A stretch of 34,248 nucleotides of DNA, from contig JAZSDJ010000083.1 of assembly GCA_045531105.1 (NCBI GenBank), positions 1 through 34,248 on the forward strand, given 5' to 3'. Below the pieces are notes generated by a model, which searched no databases, was not told where the DNA came from, and saw only the letters and a list, made by a program, of their open reading frames with translations. Of this stretch, positions 9,798 through 17,273 are shown one piece after another. The DNA comes from Eubacteriales bacterium (lineage in GTDB: Bacteria; Bacillota; Clostridia; Oscillospirales; CAG-272). The position numbers were made by a program, and so were the translations under genes. Each line of letters opens with the position of its first letter. Positions within the stretch are counted from its first letter, which is position 1.

Positions 9798-10739
9798 ATG
9801 GAAAAATCGAATAACAAGTGTCGCGTTTTCGCTATTGTAGGTCCTACCGCTGTTGGAAAAACCGCTCTTGCAATCGAACTTGCAAAAAGGCTTGATGGCG
9901 AAATTATTTCGTGCGACTCAATGCAAGTTTATCGTGGTATGGACATAGGCACAGCGAAGGCAACAAAAGAAGAACAAATGGCTGTTGTTCATCATCTTGT
10001 TGATATTTTGTCGCCCGAGCAAAACTTCTCTTGTGCTGATTATGCGACCTTAGCGAAGGCTAAAATTGAGGAAATAACCTCGCGTGGAAAAACCCCTATT
10101 TTCTGTGGTGGAACAGGTCTTTATCTTGACAGCGTGCTTGAAATTCCCTCTTTTACCGATACTGTGAAAAACGAAGCCCTTCGTAACGAACTTGAAAACT
10201 TTGCAAGTGAAAATGGTGTTCACGCACTTCACGAAATGTTAAGAGAAATCGACCCCGAAAGTGCCGAACAAATCCACGAAAACAATGTAAAAAGAGTTAT
10301 TCGCGCGATTGAAATTTTCAAAACCACGGGCAAGAAAAAAAGCGAACTTGATGCCCTGTCAAAGACTAAGGAATCACCTTACGACGCAATCGTGTTTTTC
10401 TTGACTGCCAAGGACAAAAACCTTCTCTATTCGCGAATTGGAAATCGTGTTGACCAGATGATAGAATCAGGACTTGTTGACGAATGTCGCGCTCTTTTCG
10501 ACAGAGGCTTACTTGATGGCAAAACCACCGCATCTGGCGCTATTGGCTACAAAGAATTTATTCCTTATTTTACGGGTGAGGCGTCGCTTGATGATTGTGT
10601 GGCGACTCTCAAACTTTCGACAAGGCACTATGCAAAGCGACAACTCACTTGGTTCAAAAAGAAAAACTATCATACAATCTACACTGACGAATCTTCTGCG
10701 CTTGACGAGGCGCTAAAAATAATTAAGGAAACTTTATGA
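9798..10739 (+). CDS. miaA: tRNA (adenosine(37)-N6)-dimethylallyltransferase
   Basis: GPTAVGKT P-loop, DSMQVYRGMDIGTAK, GGTGLY, RVIRAIE, IGYKE and YAKRQLTWF. Confidence 0.99.
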   Translation: MEKSNNKCRVFAIVGPTAVGKTALAIELAKRLDGEIISCDSMQVYRGMDIGTAKATKEEQMAVVHHLVDILSPEQNFSCADYATLAKAKIEEITSRGKTPIFCGGTGLYLDSVLEIPSFTDTVKNEALRNELENFASENGVHALHEMLREIDPESAEQIHENNVKRVIRAIEIFKTTGKKKSELDALSKTKESPYDAIVFFLTAKDKNLLYSRIGNRVDQMIESGLVDECRALFDRGLLDGKTTASGAIGYKEFIPYFTGEASLDDCVATLKLSTRHYAKRQLTWFKKKNYHTIYTDESSALDEALKIIKETL

Positions 10740-11407
10740 ACGAAAAAATCAAAGCAAATTACGAAAAGGTTTTAGAAAATCTTTCCCCGTATACAAAGGA
10801 CAGAAAAATTACGGTTTTAGTGGCTACAAAGACTCAATGTGTTGAAGATATTAACTATCTTATCTCGCTCGGTTGCGACACCATTGGCGAAAACAGAGTA
10901 AATGAACTTCTTGAAAAGTTCGAGGGCTACGACAAAAGCGCAAGTCTTCATTTTATCGGAACGCTACAAAAAAACAAGGTAAAATATATTTACGATAAGG
11001 TTGACCTTATTCACTCTGTTGACTCGCTCTCGCTTGCCGAGGAAATTGACAAGCGCTGTTCTAAAATCGACAAGGTTATGGACATTTTGGTCGAGGTAAA
11101 TAGTGGAAAAGAGGAAAATAAGGGCGGGATTTACCCCGAGTGCGTCGAGGAATTTATTTCTTCCCTCTCGCACTTTAAAAACATTCGCGTGCGTGGCCTT
11201 ATGACTATGGCACCAAAATGTCAGACAAGAGAGGAATATCTTTCCTATTTTGTTCCAACAAAAGAACTTTTTGACAAATTATTTAAAGATGAAAAAGACG
11301 CTATTCTCTCAATGGGAATGAGCGAAAGTTATATGTACGCAGTGGAGGCAGGGGCTAACCTTGTTCGTATTGGCAGTGCAATTTTTGGCGAAAGGAAGTA
11401 TTTATAA
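10736..11407 (+). CDS. yggS: PLP homeostasis protein (YggS/YlmE family)
   Basis: VATKT, GENRVNE, HFIGTLQKNKVK, IHSVDS, GLMTM, LSMGMS and VRIGSAIFGER; ATGA overlap with miaA. Confidence 0.97.
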   Translation: MNEKIKANYEKVLENLSPYTKDRKITVLVATKTQCVEDINYLISLGCDTIGENRVNELLEKFEGYDKSASLHFIGTLQKNKVKYIYDKVDLIHSVDSLSLAEEIDKRCSKIDKVMDILVEVNSGKEENKGGIYPECVEEFISSLSHFKNIRVRGLMTMAPKCQTREEYLSYFVPTKELFDKLFKDEKDAILSMGMSESYMYAVEAGANLVRIGSAIFGERKYL

Positions 11408-11796
11408 TGGGTATTTTTGGATTTGGTAAAAAAATAGACTATGAAGATTTTGACGACGAGGACGATATTGAAGTTTTCGACGATGACGAGGGTGCGAACA
11501 TTTCGTTCGGTGGCTCTAATATTGAACTCAAAGTTGTAAAGCCTACTCAATTTAGTCAAATTCTCACAGCGGGTGACTATTTGGTTGAGGGCAAAACTGT
11601 TCTTCTCAATCTTGAAGGACTTGACAAGGCGCTTTGTCGTAGAATGATTGATTTTATCGCAGGCGTTGCTTATGCTCTCAATGCGACAATAAAAAGTGCA
11701 ACCGCGGACTCGTATTTTATCGCTCCTCGTGATGTTGATGTAAGTGGCGAGGATTTCGATGATGATGGTGACGACGACACCTTCTCCGATTTATGA
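11407..11796 (+). CDS. sepF: Cell division protein SepF
   Basis: N-terminal amphipathic GIFGF helix, VVKP..F and VLLNLE...RRMIDF.AG..YAL; canonical position after yggS. Confidence 0.93.
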   Translation: MGIFGFGKKIDYEDFDDEDDIEVFDDDEGANISFGGSNIELKVVKPTQFSQILTAGDYLVEGKTVLLNLEGLDKALCRRMIDFIAGVAYALNATIKSATADSYFIAPRDVDVSGEDFDDDGDDDTFSDL

Positions 11797-12086
11797 GTTT
11801 ATTAGTTGTAGATATAATCGTTCGCGTTATCTCCTCTCTCCTTTCCGTTTTTGAACTATGCTTGCTCATTCGCGCAATTTGTTCTTGGATTCCAAGCGCA
11901 AGAGATAGCCGAATTTACGATTTCTTTTTCAAAATAACAGAGCCCATTTTGCGACCTATCAGAGATGTTATGATGCGTTGGGAATTCGCTCGCAGATGCC
12001 CTATTGATTTGTCTTTTCTTGTGGTTATCATTCTTATCTCAGTTATGCAAAGGCTTGTTTATTTGCTTTATTACTTGGTTATTTAA
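11793..12086 (+). CDS. yggT: YggT/YlmG family membrane protein
   Basis: IRAICSWIP, ITEPILRPIR and IDLSFLV motifs; follows sepF. Confidence 0.93.
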   Translation: MSLLVVDIIVRVISSLLSVFELCLLIRAICSWIPSARDSRIYDFFFKITEPILRPIRDVMMRWEFARRCPIDLSFLVVIILISVMQRLVYLLYYLVI

Positions 12087-12107
12087 TTTTCAAAGACAGA
12101 GGTTTTT

Positions 12108-12629
12108 ATGCCATTTTTTGTAGTTTTAATTCTTATAATTGTCGGTTGTGTCGGCGTTGACCAACTTACAAAAATCATAGTATGCAACACCCTTGAAGTT
12201 GGAGAAAGAGTTCCTTTTTTGAAGGGCTTTTTCGAGTTTGTTCATGTCAAAAACGACGGAATGGCTTTCGGCTTGCTCGGCGAGCATAGATGGGTTTTCA
12301 TCACCGTTTCAACAATCGGTATTATCGCTATCGGAGTTTATCTTTTCCGTTTTAGTAAAGAAAGCAAACTCACTAAAATCGGCATGGCTCTTATCGTCGG
12401 TGGTGGTATCGGCAATATGATTGACCGTTGCCTTCCACCCTTCCTCGTTACTGATATGTTAGAACTCACCTTTATGGGAGATTTGTTCCCTTGGGTGTTC
12501 AATATTGCAGACACTTGCGTTTGCGTTGGTGTTGGCATTGTGATTTTAGGACTTGTCCTCGAAATTGTAAAGGAATACAAAGAAAAAAAAGAAAAGGAAG
12601 TATCTCCTGATGATAGTAACGGCGATTGA
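12108..12629 (+). CDS. lspA: Lipoprotein signal peptidase II
   Basis: DQLTK, N.G.AFG, GG.GNMIDR, V.D and FNIAD motifs. Confidence 0.97.
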   Translation: MPFFVVLILIIVGCVGVDQLTKIIVCNTLEVGERVPFLKGFFEFVHVKNDGMAFGLLGEHRWVFITVSTIGIIAIGVYLFRFSKESKLTKIGMALIVGGGIGNMIDRCLPPFLVTDMLELTFMGDLFPWVFNIADTCVCVGVGIVILGLVLEIVKEYKEKKEKEVSPDDSNGD

Positions 12630-13524
12630 CGCAAAAAAGCGCCTTGATGTATTCGTTAGCGAGTCCTCAGGTGTTTCTCGTTCGCACGCACAAGTGCTTA
12701 TAGAAAATGAACTCGTCACCGTAAACGGCAAAAATGTAGCGAAAAACTATCGTTTGCGTGAAGGTGACGAAATCGAAATTGAAGCCTTGCCTATAAAAGA
12801 ACTCAGTGCCGAGGCTGAAAACATTCCTCTTGATATTGTCTATGAGGACAACGAAATTATCGTTGTAAATAAGCCCTCGGGTATGGTTGTTCACCCCGCT
12901 GTCGGAAATGAAAGTGGGACTTTGGTTAATGCTCTTTTGTACCATTGTAAAAACTCTCTCTCGGGAATCAATGGTGTTATTCGTCCTGGCATTGTTCATA
13001 GAATTGACAAGGACACGAGTGGCCTTTTGGTCGTTGCAAAGACTGACGAGGCACATTTGTTTTTGTCCTCGCTTTTAAAGGACCACCAAATAAAACGCAC
13101 ATATCACGCAATTATTACAGGACACTTGCCACAGGTCAAAGGGACAATAAATGCCCCTATTGCAAGGCACGCCACCGATAGAAAGAAAATGGCTGTGGTC
13201 ACAGGTGGTAGAGAGGCAATCACGCACTACGAAACACTTCGTGAGTACCCGTCTTTTACTTATGCGAAAATGAATCTTGAAACGGGCAGAACCCATCAAA
13301 TAAGGGTTCATCTCTCATACATAGGTCACCCAATTATAGGTGATACAGTTTATGGTGGTGGCAAAACTCAATTTGAGCGCGCCCATCAAAAACTCTTGCA
13401 AGGACAATGCTTGCACGCAAAGGAACTCTCGTTCCCTCACCCAAAAACGAAAGAAATTATGCACTTTGAGGTTGATTTACCAACCGAATTTAAATCTTTG
13501 CTTGATATTTTAGAAACCCTTTAA
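12610..13524 (+). CDS. rluD: RluA/RluD family 23S rRNA pseudouridine synthase
   Basis: N-terminal S4 domain, VVNKPSGMVVHP, RPGIVHRIDKDTSG, LETGRTHQIRVH and LHA..L.F.HP; canonical lspA-rluD pair. Confidence 0.93.
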   Translation: MIVTAIDAKKRLDVFVSESSGVSRSHAQVLIENELVTVNGKNVAKNYRLREGDEIEIEALPIKELSAEAENIPLDIVYEDNEIIVVNKPSGMVVHPAVGNESGTLVNALLYHCKNSLSGINGVIRPGIVHRIDKDTSGLLVVAKTDEAHLFLSSLLKDHQIKRTYHAIITGHLPQVKGTINAPIARHATDRKKMAVVTGGREAITHYETLREYPSFTYAKMNLETGRTHQIRVHLSYIGHPIIGDTVYGGGKTQFERAHQKLLQGQCLHAKELSFPHPKTKEIMHFEVDLPTEFKSLLDILETL

Positions 13525-13602
13525 TAGAAAAACAAGGTTTAATGAGCAAGAGTACAGAGCGACTCGGTATTTCTAAACTTAGTAGGTCTTGTCGAGGAAA
13601 TT

Positions 13603-14331
13603 ATGTCTATTTTTACAAACAAACTCATTCGCGTCGCTAACTCTAATGACGCGACAAAATCACTCATAAATGAAGAAAATGCGCCCGTTTTCGAGGCGCT
13701 TTGTTCTCGCATGCTTGAAGTGAATGATTATATGAACCTAACGGCGATAAAAGACGAGGATGGTGTCATTTTGAAGCACTTTGTCGATTCGTGCGCGCTT
13801 GTTCCGTTCGTTCCACAAGGCGCGTCGGTTGTAGATGTCGGCTGTGGCGGTGGCTTTCCGTCGCTCCCTCTTGCCATTTTGCGCCCCGATGTGTCTGTTT
13901 TAGGACTTGATAGCGTTACAAAAAAGGTTACATATGTAAAAGAAACAGCAGGGCTTTTGGGGCTTAAAAATGTAGACTCCTCAAACGCTCGCGCTGAGGT
14001 TCTCGGTCAAGATAAATTGCACAGGGAAAAATACGACCTCGTTTGCGCTCGTGGAGTCGGCAGACTCAACCTTATCTTGGAACTTTGCCTACCTCTTGTA
14101 AAGGTAGGTGGCTCTTTTGTCGCTATGAAATCTCTCACTGCAAGCGAGGAACTTGTCGAAGCGCAAAACGCTATAAAAATCCTCGGCGCAACTGTTGAAA
14201 AGGTCTTTGAATACTCTCTTAAAAACGAGAATGAAGAACTTTCAAGAACTATCATAGTTTTCAGAAAAACCACACACACACCCTCAAAATACCCTCGAAA
14301 TAATTCTCAAATTGCGAAAAAACCACTATAA
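13603..14331 (+). CDS. rsmG: 16S rRNA (guanine(527)-N7)-methyltransferase
   Basis: N..MNLTAI, KHFVDS, DVGCGGGFPSLPLAI, RAE, and TP.KYPR.....KKPL. Confidence 0.97.
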   Translation: MSIFTNKLIRVANSNDATKSLINEENAPVFEALCSRMLEVNDYMNLTAIKDEDGVILKHFVDSCALVPFVPQGASVVDVGCGGGFPSLPLAILRPDVSVLGLDSVTKKVTYVKETAGLLGLKNVDSSNARAEVLGQDKLHREKYDLVCARGVGRLNLILELCLPLVKVGGSFVAMKSLTASEELVEAQNAIKILGATVEKVFEYSLKNENEELSRTIIVFRKTTHTPSKYPRNNSQIAKKPL

Positions 14332-14383
14332 AAATTCGCTTTTTAGTTAACCAAAGCAAGCATTAGAATTGAACGAAAAATTT

Positions 14384-15076
14384 ATGAAAAAATCATCCGC
14401 TTATTTAAAAGGAATCAAAGTATCATTGCCTGTTATACTTGGCTATTTGCCCGTTGCAATCGCTTTTGCCGTTATGGCAAGCGAGGCGGGCTTTTCTCGC
14501 TTTGAAATAATCGCTATGTCAACCCTTGTTTTCGCAGGTGCAAGTCAGATTATGGCTGTTGGTATGGTTACGGCGGGAGCGTCTATGATTTCCGTCGTTG
14601 TTGCGACCTTTGTGCTTAATCTAAGGCACTTTATAATGGGTACTTACATAATGAAAAAACTCGGCAAGACCTCACCTGTTGAAAAAATCACAACCGCTCA
14701 CGGAATTACCGACGAAGCGTTTGCAATAGTTGGCGCAACGCCCGAGGAAAATTGTTCAGTCCCTTACCTTTTTGGGATTATAACTGTCACCTATGGCTCG
14801 TGGGTTCTTGGCACAATACTCGGTGCATTTGTCAGCGTTTTAATTCCTGCAAGTATAAGTGGCGCGCTTGGAATTGCCCTTTATGCGCTTTTCATTTCCC
14901 TTCTTGTCCCCGGCATTAAAAAGAGTCTTCGCCTTGTAACTCTTGTTATATTCACTGCCCTTTTAAACGCAGTTTTATCTCTTTTCATTCCATCATCGTG
15001 GTCGATTATCGTCTCGTGTCTTATCGGCGCACTTGTCGGTGTGTTCTTTGTTGAAGATACGGAGGTGGAACAATGA
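14384..15076 (+). CDS. azlC: AzlC family branched-chain amino acid export permease
   Basis: PVILGYLPVAIAF, VFAGASQ, VLNLRH, ITDEAFA and W.LGT..G. Start is uncertain (ATG 14384 or TTG 14369). Confidence 0.92.
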   Translation: MKKSSAYLKGIKVSLPVILGYLPVAIAFAVMASEAGFSRFEIIAMSTLVFAGASQIMAVGMVTAGASMISVVVATFVLNLRHFIMGTYIMKKLGKTSPVEKITTAHGITDEAFAIVGATPEENCSVPYLFGIITVTYGSWVLGTILGAFVSVLIPASISGALGIALYALFISLLVPGIKKSLRLVTLVIFTALLNAVLSLFIPSSWSIIVSCLIGALVGVFFVEDTEVEQ

Positions 15077-15378
15077 ATTTTCTTGTCCTTTCCGTGCTTA
15101 TGATGGTTGTTACTATCATTCCAAGAATTTTGCCTGGTTTTTTGCTCGATAAATTGCATCTTGGCAAAAAAGCGATTAAGTTTTTAAATTTAATTCCGTT
15201 CACCGCAATGTCAGCGTTGATTTTCCCGTCGGTTCTCTATGTTGACTCTGAGCGAATGTGGATTGGCGCTGTCGGTGCGATAATTGCAATCGCGCTTTCG
15301 CTTATTAAGAAAATGCCAACCTTTGTTGTCGTTATCGTGTCAGTTCTTGCCCTTGTTGGAATTTACGCTCTAATTTAA
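15073..15378 (+). CDS. azlD: AzlD family small membrane subunit
   Basis: T..PR.LP and FL..IP...MSALI motifs; ATGA overlap with azlC. Confidence 0.9.
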   Translation: MNFLVLSVLMMVVTIIPRILPGFLLDKLHLGKKAIKFLNLIPFTAMSALIFPSVLYVDSERMWIGAVGAIIAIALSLIKKMPTFVVVIVSVLALVGIYALI

Positions 15379-15486
15379 TTCTATCAAAAATTTTGACTTA
15401 AAATTTAATTTGAATTTAGAGAAAATTCGAGCGATTTCATCCGATTAGAAAGGCTAAATTCTATACTAAAAAATTTAAAATAATTT

Positions 15487-15524
15487 AAAAATGCGCTAAA
15501 TTATAACCAATTTGGCGCGTTTTT
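15487..15524 (+). terminator. Probable intrinsic terminator after azlD
   Basis: ATGCGCTAAATT-ataacc-AATTTGGCGCGT followed by a T tract. Confidence 0.6.
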
Positions 15525-15582
15525 TGCTAAATTCAATGAAAATCGCACTAAATTTGCATTAAATTCTTGCAAAAATTACCTA

Positions 15583-15611
15583 TTGACAATTTAGCATCTA
15601 TATGTTAATAT
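15583..15611 (+). promoter_or_regulatory. SigA-type promoter of the 77-aa gene
   Basis: TTGACA 15583-15588, 17 bp spacer, TGt-TAATAT 15606-15611. Confidence 0.65.
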
Positions 15612-15657
15612 TTAATAGTAATTTTAAAAATTTAGTAAAAGAAGGAGGGATTTAATA

Positions 15658-15891
15658 ATGAAGAAAATCGTTCGTGGCAAGGTTCTTGATACAGAAACTG
15701 CACAAATCGTAAAGAAAATCACATTTGGTGAATTTGGCGACGCAAACGGTTACGAGGAAACTCTCTATGTAACAGATGAAGGCGCATATTTCATCTATAC
15801 AAATGGTGGCGCTGAATCAAAATACCCAACAGAAAACATCACTCTCAAATATCAAGCAAGCGTTGATAAATGGCTTGAAGCACACAAATAA
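15658..15891 (+). CDS. Small hypothetical protein (77 aa)
   Basis: Strong AAGGAGG RBS, its own promoter and terminator; soluble, begins MKKIVRGKVLDTETA. Confidence 0.85.
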   Translation: MKKIVRGKVLDTETAQIVKKITFGEFGDANGYEETLYVTDEGAYFIYTNGGAESKYPTENITLKYQASVDKWLEAHK

Positions 15892-15910
15892 TCTGCCTCG
15901 CCTTCGGGCG

Positions 15911-15940
15911 CAAAAAGACACCATATGGTGTCTTTTTTGT
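15911..15940 (+). terminator. Intrinsic terminator
   Basis: AAAAAGACACC-atat-GGTGTCTTTTTT, preceded by a CGCC-TTCG-GGCG tetraloop hairpin (15899-15910). Confidence 0.85.
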
Positions 15941-15996
15941 TGCAATATTAAGATTTTTGTGATATACTTAAATTAACAAAATTTAAGGAGATTTTT

Positions 15997-16836
15997 ATGG
16001 ACTTTACTAAAAGCATTTTTGAGAACCGAAAGGCTAAAAATTCGCCTTTTTTGGCTGCGCACAGAGGTGTTTGTGGCGCTAACATTCCCTGTAACACTCT
16101 TGCTTCATATAAAATAGCGACTGATATCGGCGCTGATGTTGTTGAGATTGATGTTACAAAATCAAAAGATGGTGTTTTCTTCGTTTTCCACCCTTGGATG
16201 GAGCCTGTTTTCCTCAAAAGCAAATATCTTTGCGACCTAACCAGCGACGAAATCGACAATTTGCGCCTTTTGAACTCTGATAGCGTTCCAACAAGTTACA
16301 AAGTTCCAAGACTTCGCGAGGTTCTTACATTTTTGAAGGGCAAAGCGTACATTAATGTTGATAAATTCTGGACAGATGTCGAAGGAATTAGCAAGGAAAT
16401 TCGTGAGTGTGGCGTTGAAAACCAAGTTATCGTAAAAACGGGTGTTGACAAGGAAACTCTTGAAAAGGTTAAAAAGTATGCGCCTGATTTTATGTTTATG
16501 CCTCTTGTTTGGCACAAGGACGAAGTTACCGACTATTTGCAAGAGCAAGGAATTAATCAAATCGGTACAGAAATTCTCTTTACAAGTGAAGATGATGAGG
16601 TTATAAGCGACGAGTATATTAAGAAAATGCACGATAAAGGTCTTTTGGTTTGGGCGAACTCAATCATTTATAACGAAAAAGAAATGATAAACGCTTATCA
16701 TTCCGACGATGTTTCTCTTCGCGAAAATCCCGATAAAGGTTGGGGTTGGTTGATTGACAAAAATGTCGATTTCATTCAGACAGACTGGCTCTTGATGCTT
16801 AAAAATTATATTGACATGCGAAACAAGGGAGAGTAA
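15997..16836 (+). CDS. Glycerophosphodiester phosphodiesterase (GDPD family), cytoplasmic
   Basis: AAHRG, NTL, VEIDV..SKDG...VFH, VP.L.EVL, INVDK and IQTD motifs; no signal peptide; AAGGAG RBS. Confidence 0.9.
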   Translation: MDFTKSIFENRKAKNSPFLAAHRGVCGANIPCNTLASYKIATDIGADVVEIDVTKSKDGVFFVFHPWMEPVFLKSKYLCDLTSDEIDNLRLLNSDSVPTSYKVPRLREVLTFLKGKAYINVDKFWTDVEGISKEIRECGVENQVIVKTGVDKETLEKVKKYAPDFMFMPLVWHKDEVTDYLQEQGINQIGTEILFTSEDDEVISDEYIKKMHDKGLLVWANSIIYNEKEMINAYHSDDVSLRENPDKGWGWLIDKNVDFIQTDWLLMLKNYIDMRNKGE

Positions 16837-16874
16837 AATATCAGCATTGGACACTTTTGAAAAAAATAAAAAAT

Positions 16875-16903
16875 GGGCAAGCAGATTTTTTGCTTGCTCT
16901 TTT
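16875..16903 (+). terminator. Intrinsic terminator after the GDPD gene
   Basis: GGGCAAGCA-gattttt-TGCTTGCTC-TTTT. Confidence 0.65.
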
Positions 16904-16936
16904 CCTTTGTAACTTTTGATAAATTTCAAAAAAGCC

Positions 16937-16965
16937 TTGATTTTTAAAAAAAGATATGATATACT
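16937..16965 (+). promoter_or_regulatory. Probable SigA promoter of the tRNA-Ser locus
   Basis: TTGATT 16937-16942, 17 bp spacer, TGa-TATACT 16960-16965. Confidence 0.65.
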
Positions 16966-16986
16966 TACAAAGCGAATATAGAATAA

Positions 16987-17008
16987 ATTTGGAGAAGTCG
17001 CCTAGTTG
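16987..17008 (+). repeat. Exact 22-bp direct copy of the tRNA-Ser 5' end (4 nt of leader plus tRNA nt 1-18)
   Basis: ATTTGGAGAAGTCGCCTAGTTG occurs at 16987-17008 and again at 17144-17165. Confidence 0.95.
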
Positions 17009-17147
17009 TAAGCGAGATTCCAAGAAATCAAGGCTTTGCCGATGATTGATTGGTTAGTCGAGTTTATGCGTTAACTGTCGAGGTTACTCGACCATTGATT
17101 GACTAAATCCATCTGCTTTTTTCAACAATCATAATTTAATAATATTT

Positions 17148-17238
17148 GGAGAAGTCGCCTAGTTGGTCGAGGGCGCACGATTGGAAATCGTGTAACCGGT
17201 AACACGGTTCGAGGGTTCGAATCCCTCCTTCTCCGCCA
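17148..17238 (+). tRNA. tRNA-Ser (anticodon GGA)
   Basis: Acceptor stem GGAGAAG/CTTCTCC, G discriminator and encoded CCA; anticodon arm CACGA-TTGGAAA-TCGTG; long variable arm AACCG-gtaaca-CGGTT; T-arm GAGGG-TTCGAAT-CCCTC; 91 nt. Confidence 0.98.
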
Positions 17239-17272
17239 ACAAAAAAGGACACCCCGTGGTGTCTTTTTTGTT
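17238..17272 (+). terminator. Intrinsic terminator directly after tRNA-Ser
   Basis: AACAAAAAAGGACAC-cccgtg-GTGTCTTTTTTGTT. Confidence 0.8.
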
Positions 17273-17273
17273 G

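Noticed and set aside
13542-13640. 32-codon out-of-frame uORF overlapping the rsmG start
   Set aside because: Weak RBS and no recognisable leader-peptide features; likely chance.
15379-15657. Replication origin or CRISPR array in the AT-rich gap
   Set aside because: No DnaA boxes, no 25-40 bp repeats with regular spacers, and no rep or cas genes; only 7-mers recur.
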